In this document: in pieces, positions 8,048 through 16,235 of the stretch
Numbering within the stretch: the stretch's first letter is position 1
How the letters are laid out: each line of letters begins with the position of its first letter
IMG/VR virus record: IMGVR_UViG_3300032365_000086
Location: 1-27,100 of that record
Reading direction: 5' to 3' (one strand)
Source: a virus
Lineage: Duplodnaviria > Caudoviricetes
Length of the DNA: 27,100 nucleotides
Position numbers and translations under genes: made by a program
The notes under the pieces: generated by a model
What the model was told of the DNA's origin: nothing
The model's input: the letters and a program-made list of their open reading frames with translations, nothing else
Databases searched by the model: none

Positions 8048-9615
8048 CGAAGTCGAAGAACAAGCCCTGGCCTCCCAAGCGGCGCAAGCGTAGTAAGCGA
8101 AACGCTCAAAGTAAGCGTTCCAAGCGTCCCGCGACAAAGCTGCCGATGATGGCCACCAAGCAAGGCGAGACGAGAGATCATCGTCCCGTAGCAGGGACCA
8201 GGTCCGCGGGTTCAAATCCCCTCGGCGAATTCTCGGCACTCGAGAGGATTCCAGGCGTCACGGTCAAGGAGAACACAGTTTCCTTCCCGTATCCAGGAGC
8301 GCCGGCTGGCGTTCGGATTGCCGTTCATTCGAGTTCGAGGCGTGTTGCTGAAGCAGCTGCAATGCAGTTGAGTGGCCTCGCCAACCAGCTGTCTGCGGCT
8401 AGGTCCAGGTACTACCTGGGCATGACGCAGACCATCTATGAAGCCTACAAGGGCATGGAGAAGCACTACCGTGCCTACCGCATGGATGCGATTGTGCGCG
8501 GGTGCATCAACGCCCTCGCGTACTGGGCCACGAAAGAAGGATTCGACACGGTCCTAGAGCCCGTCGGCGAAGGTCTAACCCCCGAACAAGAGCAACAGAT
8601 CATTGACGCTAACCTGCCGCTGAAGCAGTGGATTGATAAAATCAACCTACGCGTCGACTTGGACCATGTCCTGCGCGTGGCCATCATCAAAGCCAAAATC
8701 TACGGGAAGGCCGGCTTCGAAATCGAACTCAACGAGAAGAAGGAACCGAACCGCCTCATCTCCCTCCCGCTTTTAACAATATTCGACCTTCGCCCCGACG
8801 TGAACGAGGATTGGGAGCTGGAAGGTTTCTGGTGGCGCGGCCAGAAAGACTTCTACGCCCCAGGCGAACTGCTCTACTTCACGAACAACGCCCTGGAATC
8901 AGATTATGAAGGCATCAGCGATATCGAACCCGTCCTGGACGACGTGGAGACCAGGGCGAAGATTCGAATTGAAGACCTGAAGGAAGCGGCGACAACCCTC
9001 TGGGCCGGCATTGCGATCCACACCCTTGATGTGGACAAGCTGCCGGCAGGTTTGACCGACGCCGATGTGCAAAACATCATAGACGCACATATCGCTGCGC
9101 TGCGACCTGGCAAACACGTTGCCACAGACAACCGTTGGATCATCCAAGTTATCGACCTGAAGCCCAACCTGCAAAGCCTCGTCTCAGTCAAGAACGACGT
9201 GGACCAGGAGATCATCGGCAACTTCCAAGTTCCGAAATTCATCCTCAACCGCACAGAGCAAGTGAACCGGGCCACAAGCTACACCCAGCTGGAATCCTTC
9301 GTCGACGGCCCAATCTCTGACCTTCAGCGATCGTACGGCCGTACGGTTGAACAACAATGGTACGACCCTCTAACTCGTGCATTCAAGAAGATACCCGAAG
9401 GCCAAGAGCCCGATGTCCGCGTGAGGCATCGTTGGCATGAGATTCGCACAACTGACTTCTTCCAACTCCTAACCGCAGTCGCTGCCGCCTACGACGCAGG
9501 CCTCGGTATGATTGACAAAGAGAAAGCGTACGAACTCATGAAGGATGGCCCGTCGGCGAGGTTCGACCCAGCTGAACTCGCAGAAACGGAAGAGACGGAG
9601 CTGACAGGACAATGA
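8044..9615 (+). CDS. Portal protein
   Basis: YRMDAIVRGCIN, IYGKAGFEI, YEGISDIEP and IIGNFQVPKFILN...NRATSYTQLESF; position between TerL and the protease. The true start may be downstream of 8044. Confidence 0.9.
   Translation: MTKSKNKPWPPKRRKRSKRNAQSKRSKRPATKLPMMATKQGETRDHRPVAGTRSAGSNPLGEFSALERIPGVTVKENTVSFPYPGAPAGVRIAVHSSSRRVAEAAAMQLSGLANQLSAARSRYYLGMTQTIYEAYKGMEKHYRAYRMDAIVRGCINALAYWATKEGFDTVLEPVGEGLTPEQEQQIIDANLPLKQWIDKINLRVDLDHVLRVAIIKAKIYGKAGFEIELNEKKEPNRLISLPLLTIFDLRPDVNEDWELEGFWWRGQKDFYAPGELLYFTNNALESDYEGISDIEPVLDDVETRAKIRIEDLKEAATTLWAGIAIHTLDVDKLPAGLTDADVQNIIDAHIAALRPGKHVATDNRWIIQVIDLKPNLQSLVSVKNDVDQEIIGNFQVPKFILNRTEQVNRATSYTQLESFVDGPISDLQRSYGRTVEQQWYDPLTRAFKKIPEGQEPDVRVRHRWHEIRTTDFFQLLTAVAAAYDAGLGMIDKEKAYELMKDGPSARFDPAELAETEETELTGQ
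8142..8227 (+). other. Degenerate tRNA-like cloverleaf (type II, Leu-like) within the 5' part of the portal ORF
   Basis: GCCGA/TCGGC acceptor ends, GCC/GGC D stem, GACGA-7 nt-TCGTC arm, long variable region, GGG-TTCAAAT-CCC T arm. Confidence 0.55.
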
Positions 9616-9743
9616 GGCCTAGGGCTCAAATCGAAGCGGACGCGAAGGCTGGGCAACCACTCGACCCTCTCCTCCTCGAGGTACTCCTGGACATACGGAA
9701 TCTCCGCGCGCGTTCGAGGCGTCAGACAGCGGTTGATGGGTGA
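9612..9743 (+). CDS. 43-aa microprotein (not in ORF track)
   Basis: ATGA overlap with the portal stop. MRPRAQIEADAKAGQPLDPLLLEVLLDIRNLRARSRRQTAVDG. Confidence 0.6.
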   Translation: MRPRAQIEADAKAGQPLDPLLLEVLLDIRNLRARSRRQTAVDG

Positions 9744-9748
9744 ACTCT

Positions 9749-9844
9749 TTGGATTATTGCCCCTACTGTAATCATCCCTTCGTCGAAGTTGAAGCAGCCG
9801 ACGGCACGAAGATGCAGAAATGCATGTGGTGCATGCAGCTCTAA
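9749..9844 (+). CDS. 31-aa zinc-ribbon microprotein (not in ORF track)
   Basis: MDYCPYCNHPFVEVEAADGTKMQKCMWCMQL with GGGTGA upstream. Alternative GTG start at 9740. Confidence 0.65.
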   Translation: MDYCPYCNHPFVEVEAADGTKMQKCMWCMQL

Positions 9845-9846
9845 CG

Positions 9847-9919
9847 CTCGCAGTTTCGGTCCCGTTCCTGCGAGAAAACGCCAGGGAGAGGCGGAACACG
9901 GGACCTGCCGAACTCCCTG
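9847..9919 (+). ncRNA. Candidate kissing-loop structured RNA in the head-operon leader
   Basis: Two 7-bp-stem hairpins whose loops contain the perfectly complementary GTCCCGT and ACGGGAC. Confidence 0.55.
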
Positions 9920-9939
9920 ATATTCTTGGTGATTTGAAA

Positions 9940-11640
9940 ATGATGAGTGTAGAGGATGTCAAGGCAGTGAACGTGCCGGAGATTGCTAAGTTTCCGGACC
10001 GCGAGAGCTGCATAGCTGCCCACATGCAAGAAGGGCTCAGCGAGGCAGCAGCCCGCGGAATCTGCGGCCACTTGCCCAGCAAGCAAGGCCTGCGGAAAAT
10101 TTCGTTCGCGTACCAGGCCACGTTCGAGCCGTACGAGGAACAGGGCAAGCACCTGGCCAAGATTCACGTCATAGATCTGGCGCCGAATCTGAACAAGTGG
10201 CAGGTTTCAGCGACCGCACGAGCGAAGGCGTTGAAATCCCTTCTTGACGCTCCCTTGCTAGGGCCGCCAGCTCCTGGAGAGCGCGGCAACGTAGTCGGGG
10301 GCGCGCCAGGCGCTCCACACGAAGGCCTATGGTCCCCGATCGGGCGCTTCATCGATTTCGAATCCAACCATGCCACCCACGGCATCGCCGAGATAACGAA
10401 GGACTACGCGTGGGAGAACATCAAGAACAAGAACTGGAAAGCCGTCAGCCCCTCGGTCCTAGCGTTCGTTGAACACCGGGAAGGTGATGTGGATGTTGTG
10501 GACGATTTCAACTTCGAACATGTGCTCTTCGTCGATAAGCCAGCCTACCCGGAGGCAGGCGTAGAATCCACCTGCGACGACGCCCTGGGATCCTGCGGCT
10601 TCAACAACGCCCTAGCTGCAGCTGCTGAGAAGCAGGGGTTCATGATCACTGACCAGGACCTGTCGGTCATGGAGAAGGCGGTGCAGAGTGCCCGCGGTAT
10701 CCTAACCGCCCTCGAGGAACGCCTTGAGATAATCCTACACGGCAAACCGGCCCCAGAACCTGCGGTGCCGCCTTTGCTGCTTCCTTCTCACAACCGTGTG
10801 AGTGATGGAGAGATGAATCCTGAGAGGCCTAGTCCAAGCCCTAACCAGACGCAAGGCCTCGAGAACAAACTGGGCCAGAAAATGGAGGGTGGTAACGAAA
10901 TGAAAACCACTCAAGCATCCTTCGGAGATGCTTCCTTTCCGGACGAATGCTTCGCCTACGTCCCAACTGAAGCCAAGGGCTCAGATGGGAAGAAGAGCCT
11001 TCGCGCTTTGCCATACAAGAACGCGGACGGTTCCGTTGACCCAGACCACTTGCGCAACGCATTGGCACGATTCAACCAGACCGATATCCCGTCGGCCGAG
11101 AAAGCGGGAGTTCTGAAGACGCTGTGTAACGCAGCGTCGAAGGCGGGGATTGATTCCGACTTCTGCAAGGAGCACTCTGCAGGGATGCCTCATAAGGAGA
11201 GTGAACAGAAAATGGAATGTAACGAATTACAGGCAAGAATCAGAGAACTCGAACCGCTACAAGCGAGAGTCAAGGAACTCGAACCCCAAGTAGTCCAACT
11301 CAAAGCAGAGAACGAGACGCTCAAGGCCTTCAAGGCTGAAGTCGAAAAGAAGCAGCGCATGGCCAAGGTTCAATCCATAGTGGACCTGAAAACCCATTGT
11401 GGCATGCTGGAACCAAAGGACCACGCCCAAGCTTTCGGCGACTTGGAGAAGCTATCAGCTGATGCACTCTACGCGATCGAGAAAGAACTGACAGCTGTCC
11501 AAGCACGCTTCGACGCTATGCCTTCTGGCCCAAAGGCGAAGCACACGGCTGAACAAGCGTACAACACCATCGAAGACATCAGGCAAGCAATGTTCGGTTA
11601 CCGCCGAGACGAGAAAGGCCAGATCATAGGAGGTCAGTGA
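9940..11640 (+). CDS. Prohead protease-scaffold fusion with internal DUF6582-like domain
   Basis: Protease-like H...IG...AVSPSV...VLFVDKPAYPEAGV; then FPDECFAY...LPY...DHLRNALARFNQ; then a C-terminal coiled coil. GGTGA at 9928-9932 supports ATG 9940 over 9820. Confidence 0.8.
   Translation: MMSVEDVKAVNVPEIAKFPDRESCIAAHMQEGLSEAAARGICGHLPSKQGLRKISFAYQATFEPYEEQGKHLAKIHVIDLAPNLNKWQVSATARAKALKSLLDAPLLGPPAPGERGNVVGGAPGAPHEGLWSPIGRFIDFESNHATHGIAEITKDYAWENIKNKNWKAVSPSVLAFVEHREGDVDVVDDFNFEHVLFVDKPAYPEAGVESTCDDALGSCGFNNALAAAAEKQGFMITDQDLSVMEKAVQSARGILTALEERLEIILHGKPAPEPAVPPLLLPSHNRVSDGEMNPERPSPSPNQTQGLENKLGQKMEGGNEMKTTQASFGDASFPDECFAYVPTEAKGSDGKKSLRALPYKNADGSVDPDHLRNALARFNQTDIPSAEKAGVLKTLCNAASKAGIDSDFCKEHSAGMPHKESEQKMECNELQARIRELEPLQARVKELEPQVVQLKAENETLKAFKAEVEKKQRMAKVQSIVDLKTHCGMLEPKDHAQAFGDLEKLSADALYAIEKELTAVQARFDAMPSGPKAKHTAEQAYNTIEDIRQAMFGYRRDEKGQIIGGQ
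11227..11286 (+). repeat. Imperfect 30-bp tandem duplication in the scaffold coiled coil
   Basis: Encodes LQARIRELEP / LQARVKELEP. Confidence 0.8.
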
Positions 11641-11642
11641 CC

Positions 11643-12071
11643 ATGGCATCAGCAGGCGATGTTGACATGGCCCAGGGCTTCTTCTTCTTGCCAGCCAGCA
11701 AGAACGCCACAGCAACCATCACGAAAGGCCAAATCATCAGCCTCAAAGACGGCCGGCCCTGGCAGGCTGGCGACAAGGGACCGTTCGGCATAGCCAACCA
11801 AGCCGTAGCCAGCGGCGCGGATATGAAAGGCAAAGTTGTCATTAACGGCGTCGTCTTTGTCGCGGCCGACGCAGCAATAGCGCAATTCGCTCCAGTCGTA
11901 CCCGTCGACGTCGACGAAGTGGCCACGGCCACTGTTCTCGCGCTTGGAACTGGTGCCAGCGGTGGAACCGGAATGACTGGTTCACTGTTGCCAGGTGGAC
12001 TGCTTCTCGGAATGGCTTTCGATGCAGCGGTCAACGATGGCGATCTCCTCCGTGTGCAGTTAAGGAACTAG
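11643..12071 (+). CDS. Head decoration/cement protein
   Basis: Lies between scaffold and capsid genes. ITKGQII, ADAAIAQFAPV and LGMAFDAAVNDGDLLRVQL fit a beta-tulip cement pattern. GGAGGT ribosome-binding site. Confidence 0.75.
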   Translation: MASAGDVDMAQGFFFLPASKNATATITKGQIISLKDGRPWQAGDKGPFGIANQAVASGADMKGKVVINGVVFVAADAAIAQFAPVVPVDVDEVATATVLALGTGASGGTGMTGSLLPGGLLLGMAFDAAVNDGDLLRVQLRN

Positions 12072-12083
12072 GAGAGAGCAATC

Positions 12084-13070
12084 ATGGAACAACTTGAAGG
12101 CGGACTAAAAGGAGAACTTCAGGCTCGTGCCTGGTTCGACCCGACCTCAAACAACCTTTACCAGGGCAAGATCAGCGACAGCAGCCACGTAATCTTCAAC
12201 GCCCGAAATCTGAAGCAAGCTCAAATGCCCAGCCTCGCGGACATCAGCGCAGTCAACATAGCCATACTACTGCAGGAGATTCTAGGCCTAGAAAGGCCAG
12301 TCTACAACCTACGCAACACATGCCGCATCATCATGATGAATGAGCTCAAGGCCTCGATTCCAATATTCACTAAGCCCACAGCGTCTGAGAAGGTTCCACC
12401 GCTAACGGAGGCTTCACTCGAAGAAGCCGGCTGGACCAGCATAACTTTCGCGCTCTGGAAGAACGTCACTCACATCGTCATCTCGGATGAAATTCAGAAG
12501 ACGGCCAACGTGGACGTTTTCGGAACTCAAACCCGAGACGCCGCAGGCGCATTAGCAGCCAGCGAGAACAAACAGATCAGCGCAGCTTTCGCCGCAGCTG
12601 GTGGCACACAGCCTGCCGCAAGCGGCCTCTGGTCCGCAATATCTAGCGGCGGCAACAACACGTACAACCCGTACACGGACATTATCAGCGCCATGACTAC
12701 GATTGCAACCGCCGGCTACAGGCCGACCGCAGTAGTGATGCACCCAACCGGATGGGCACCCTTCTTCGGCAACAGCTACGTGAAAGGCTTGATGGCTGGA
12801 GCAGCGTACCCCGACCTCTCGCATGGCGGCGGATTCCCTATCCCCGGCCTACCAGGCGTAACAGGTTACAGCGACTTCTTCATACTGCCTACAACCAGCT
12901 GCTACGTGTTGGACCCAGCAGCCGCAGTAATTTTGGGATCCGGCCCGACTGAAGCGGCTAGGTACAGGAACGAAGCCGCAGGGTACGACGCATTCATCAT
13001 GCGCCAGTGGCTGCAGCCACAAACCGGTGTAACAACCGCAATCGAAGAAATCACAAACGTACACGCCTAA
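12084..13070 (+). CDS. Major capsid protein (HK97 fold)
   Basis: 328 aa with VPPLTEA, VISDE, ALAASENKQI, PTAVVMHP and IPGLP motifs; synteny. Confidence 0.9.
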   Translation: MEQLEGGLKGELQARAWFDPTSNNLYQGKISDSSHVIFNARNLKQAQMPSLADISAVNIAILLQEILGLERPVYNLRNTCRIIMMNELKASIPIFTKPTASEKVPPLTEASLEEAGWTSITFALWKNVTHIVISDEIQKTANVDVFGTQTRDAAGALAASENKQISAAFAAAGGTQPAASGLWSAISSGGNNTYNPYTDIISAMTTIATAGYRPTAVVMHPTGWAPFFGNSYVKGLMAGAAYPDLSHGGGFPIPGLPGVTGYSDFFILPTTSCYVLDPAAAVILGSGPTEAARYRNEAAGYDAFIMRQWLQPQTGVTTAIEEITNVHA

Positions 13071-13113
13071 GCCAATTCTCTCAGCAAGTCACCCGTCACT
13101 TGGAAGGAAATGA

Positions 13114-13157
13114 ATTTCTAACCTCACTCTTTCCCCCGTGAGGCCGTTCCTAATCAT
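13114..13157 (+). terminator. Pyrimidine-loop hairpin, direct-repeat copy 1
   Basis: ATTTCTAA-CCTCAC-TCTTTCCCCC-GTGAGG-CCGTTCCTAATCAT after the capsid gene. Confidence 0.55.
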
Positions 13158-13275
13158 CACAAAACTCGAGTGAGCAATCGAAGTAAGGATTCTTCCAACG
13201 CGTTATACGGCAATCCATCTCACGGCATGGTTTTATCTATGGAATATCTAAGTTGCTCGGTCCGTTGGGTCTGCT

Positions 13276-13776
13276 GTGCGTAAATGGTCGTTTACCCTTG
13301 CGATGGTTACCGTGATGGTAAGCGTCGTTGTCCTAAGCCTGCATATCGTAACTGTGAGTGCTCAGGCGACGGCGACGATTTCTGGCACGGTTAGATGTGG
13401 CGGTGGTTGCGGCTCATCCTATGGAAACCCGATAGACGCGGCGGGCTTTGTTGTGGCGAAGAGAACTGATCTCCCAGAGCCTTTGGTGAATGCTTCTTTT
13501 ACTGCTGCTGATCACGGCCAGTACGAGCTTGTGGGCCTACCGCCGGGAGTGTACAATCTGTACGCTTCAGCGGTCGGCTATACGACTGTCCTTGGCGCAA
13601 TAGGCGTGTCCGTCCAACCAAGTAGCCACTACTTCTATGACATTTACCTTCAACCATGTGCGGGATGCGGTCCTGTCCCAGAGTTCGGATCTCAAAGTAT
13701 CGCAGTAATTGTCGCGATTACCGCGGTGATGGCTACGACTCTGATCCTGCGCAAGGTACGCCGCAAGACGTCCTAA
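13276..13776 (+). CDS. Moron-like surface protein: carboxypeptidase-regulatory-like beta-sandwich + PEF-CTERM
   Basis: Signal peptide, TISGTV...NPI...GQYELVGLPPGVYNLYASAVGY, C-terminal PVPEFG + TM helix + RKVRRK. Confidence 0.85.
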   Translation: MRKWSFTLAMVTVMVSVVVLSLHIVTVSAQATATISGTVRCGGGCGSSYGNPIDAAGFVVAKRTDLPEPLVNASFTAADHGQYELVGLPPGVYNLYASAVGYTTVLGAIGVSVQPSSHYFYDIYLQPCAGCGPVPEFGSQSIAVIVAITAVMATTLILRKVRRKTS

Positions 13777-13805
13777 GATTTCCGGTGTCCACGTGACGGG
13801 CGTAT

Positions 13806-13850
13806 ATTTCTCGCCTCACTCTTTCATGGTGAGGTCCCGTTCCTACTCAT
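13806..13850 (+). terminator. Pyrimidine-loop hairpin, direct-repeat copy 2
   Basis: ATTTCTCG-CCTCAC-TCTTTCATG-GTGAGG-TCCCGTTCCTACTCAT. Confidence 0.55.
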
Positions 13851-13884
13851 TGTCGTAATTGTCAGATAGTGAAGGGCAGATGGT

Positions 13885-14334
13885 ATGACGCCGTGGACCA
13901 ACCATGCCGAGGTTGAGATGTATGCGGCCACGAAATGGGACGCCCTCAACGTTTCAGCGGGCGTTCCTTTCGCCAACCAGGTCGCGTTTGACACTTTCAT
14001 AGACGGAATCTTGATTCCTCGAGCTCAAAGTCACATCAACCGCTTCTGCAAACGTGACTTCGACGTCGACTTTCCAAGCGCGATTCCGCCAGCTATACAG
14101 GATGTAGCGGCGAGGGCTACCGCGAATATGATTCAGTACATGGTCAGCAACAAGATGGGCCCCCTGGTCCACGAGACCATGTTCCAAATCTCAATCCCCG
14201 TTCAGGCGGTGATTCCCAAGGATCTGCAGGACCTGCTCACGCCTTGGATCAAACGTTACCCCTACACTGCGTCGACCCCCTATCGCAGTGATAAAATCGT
14301 AGACGATTGGAATGAGCCAACCCTCACCCAGTGA
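13885..14334 (+). CDS. Head-tail connector (HK97 gp6/SPP1 gp15-like adaptor)
   Basis: RAQSHINRFCKRDF, IPPAIQDVA and DLQDLLTPW; position after the capsid gene. Confidence 0.8.
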   Translation: MTPWTNHAEVEMYAATKWDALNVSAGVPFANQVAFDTFIDGILIPRAQSHINRFCKRDFDVDFPSAIPPAIQDVAARATANMIQYMVSNKMGPLVHETMFQISIPVQAVIPKDLQDLLTPWIKRYPYTASTPYRSDKIVDDWNEPTLTQ

Positions 14335-14668
14335 CCAGATGGTCCCCTTCGACCCATTCGGGCCATACGTCGTGATTATGCGCGATATCATGACCGGCCG
14401 TCTGTTCATGCAGATGACGCTACCAGGTCCCGACATCAGGGTTACGCGGTGGAATTGCATCTGCCACCCGGAACTCAACTACAAGCGCCCGCACTTCACC
14501 TGCCTGGCATTCTGCCGAATCAAGAAGGCTGCCCAGGGCAAACTTCCCGCTACCATACCCGTCAGCTGGTACCGGATGTACATTCACCTGGGACGACCGC
14601 ACGCAGCCTTCAAGGATTGGCTGCTTCGAAAATTCGTGTTCCCGATAGCTGAGTGGTTAGCGAACTAA
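14312..14668 (+). CDS. Hypothetical protein
   Basis: Operon packing; ends 1 nt before the next start. Confidence 0.5.
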   Translation: MSQPSPSDQMVPFDPFGPYVVIMRDIMTGRLFMQMTLPGPDIRVTRWNCICHPELNYKRPHFTCLAFCRIKKAAQGKLPATIPVSWYRMYIHLGRPHAAFKDWLLRKFVFPIAEWLAN

Positions 14669-14669
14669 C

Positions 14670-14891
14670 TTGGTGGAGCGTGTTTTGTTACCATTGATCA
14701 TTGAGCTCATTCTGGCAGTCGTTCTCTTCCTCGCAGCCATGGTCGTTTTCGTTGTTCTAAGCGCCCTCATCGGCTTCCTGCCCGCCATCATCGCCGCTGT
14801 CGTTGTCTGGTTGCTGTCGCACAGCCTGCTCTATGCAGCTGTGGCTTTCGTGGTTGTGGCGTTCCTTTGGGCTCTCGTGAAACGGAAGTGA
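14670..14891 (+). CDS. Very hydrophobic small membrane protein
   Basis: Almost wholly hydrophobic 73 aa ending KRK. Confidence 0.65.
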   Translation: MVERVLLPLIIELILAVVLFLAAMVVFVVLSALIGFLPAIIAAVVVWLLSHSLLYAAVAFVVVAFLWALVKRK

Positions 14892-14898
14892 CCTCAAG

Positions 14899-15369
14899 TT
14901 GAGTACACCTCGAGAGAGCGTCCGGGCGGCCTTCGTGGCGGTCCTTACAGCCGCGAACCTTGGTGTCACGATCTATGCCCGTCTACCGTTCGAAGGGGGC
15001 GACGCTCGAAGCGTGTTCCTCAGCATTGTTTCAGGGACCAGCAAAAGCCCAGGTGTAGGCATGTATGGTGCGGCGCCGAGTGGGGGTACGGGCGTGATGG
15101 GCCGCGCAGTCATGGACACGTACCGGCTGCAGGTGGATTGTAACTTCGACGATAGGGAAGGATGCGCCGAACTAGCCGACGCGGTTGAACAGGCGATCTG
15201 GGAAGCCCACGACGACCTACGAGACAACCACGATATTCACGGCCTACAGAAAATTCTCGACGTTGACGCGTTGGCGTTAGGCCAAAGCGTTCGAATGCCC
15301 GTTCTCACTCGAGAAGCCAGAGTCATCCAAGACTACACGTTCTGGACCCATCGTCAGCTGGCGTCTTGA
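14899..15369 (+). CDS. Tail terminator-like protein (SPP1 gp17/DUF3168-like)
   Basis: VTIYARLP and YRLQVDC...CAELADAVEQAI. Confidence 0.65.
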   Translation: MSTPRESVRAAFVAVLTAANLGVTIYARLPFEGGDARSVFLSIVSGTSKSPGVGMYGAAPSGGTGVMGRAVMDTYRLQVDCNFDDREGCAELADAVEQAIWEAHDDLRDNHDIHGLQKILDVDALALGQSVRMPVLTREARVIQDYTFWTHRQLAS

Positions 15370-15370
15370 C

Positions 15371-15529
15371 TTGGGGATTAACGATTGGCCTCGTTGCCCG
15401 CTTTGTGAAGCTGAAGGAAAATCACGGCACATGAATGTGTTCGTTGATAGAGAGACCCTCGCATTGCATCTGCGGCTCTGCCACGGCTTCCTATTTCCTG
15501 ACCAAAAGTTAGACAGTTGGCCAACCTAG
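15371..15529 (+). CDS. 52-aa C2H2 zinc-finger microprotein (not in ORF track)
   Basis: MGINDWPRCPLC...FVDRETLALHLRLCH.... Fills the gap exactly, with 1-nt spacing on both sides. Confidence 0.75.
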   Translation: MGINDWPRCPLCEAEGKSRHMNVFVDRETLALHLRLCHGFLFPDQKLDSWPT

Positions 15530-15530
15530 C

Positions 15531-15974
15531 ATGGGTGAAATTGTCCGGCGCACGAAAGGCGCCCTGAAGCAGTTCGGGTTCCTAGCACTAATCATCCTAG
15601 TGTTCTTGGCCTTCTACGGGGCCCTGCCTCAAGCCGTGTTCACCGAACAGGCAACGGCGACGCAAAGTCCCATCTACGTCTACGAGATGGTTTCAGCTAA
15701 GACGGTCTATTACCGCTTCATCACCGTGGAGCTCGAGCATCCCGCGAAAGGGGCGCAGGTCACAGTTTCAACTTGGTTCTGGCTGCACGTCTCCGTCCAC
15801 ATCTACGTCAACGGGGCCGAGATCGCGCAGGTCAACACTGGCGATAGTGGCAGCGCGAACTTCTACGCGCCCTTTCCCGAACCGTTGAGTTCGTTCACTG
15901 TTGAGGTCTGGGCGCACAACATGCTTCCACTCCCAGATGATTTCCACGCAAACATCGTACTCTTCCCAAGCTGA
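15531..15974 (+). CDS. Membrane-anchored beta-rich protein
   Basis: N-terminal basic residues plus TM helix, then a beta-strand-rich domain. Confidence 0.6.
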   Translation: MGEIVRRTKGALKQFGFLALIILVFLAFYGALPQAVFTEQATATQSPIYVYEMVSAKTVYYRFITVELEHPAKGAQVTVSTWFWLHVSVHIYVNGAEIAQVNTGDSGSANFYAPFPEPLSSFTVEVWAHNMLPLPDDFHANIVLFPS

Positions 15975-15980
15975 TGGCAG

Positions 15981-16202
15981 ATGCGCGAGCTCCCGAAGGC
16001 GTTGAACGCCGACTGGCAGCCGTGGACCTGGCACTTCTACCAGGCCCAGGAGGGAAAGCCGACGGTGTACATCAACGACGGAAACGACCTGCTCTCCCTG
16101 GGGAGACATACCATCGACCAGGATGGGACCGTGCGGCCAAGCGTACTCTGCCCAACATGCGGCTTCCACGACGACGTCAAACTCCTGGGTTGGGAAAAAT
16201 AA
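15981..16202 (+). CDS. Small Cys/His metal-binding viral protein (DUF6527-like)
   Basis: HTIDQDGTVRPSVLCPTCGFH...LLGW motif. Confidence 0.6.
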   Translation: MRELPKALNADWQPWTWHFYQAQEGKPTVYINDGNDLLSLGRHTIDQDGTVRPSVLCPTCGFHDDVKLLGWEK

Positions 16203-16235
16203 CTGTCCTTCAGCATTCAGATCATATCGGATACG

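Noticed and set aside
8142-8227. Functional or suppressor tRNA
   Set aside because: No U33, shortened T and acceptor stems, and the TCA triplet is not at the anticodon position.
9820-9939. N-terminal extension of the protease ORF
   Set aside because: It overlaps a zinc-ribbon microgene and the structured leader, and there is a better ribosome-binding site before ATG 9940.
9489-10160. 223-aa minus-strand ORF and other antisense or alternate-frame ORFs in the track
   Set aside because: They shadow well-supported + strand genes in GC-rich DNA and carry no motifs.
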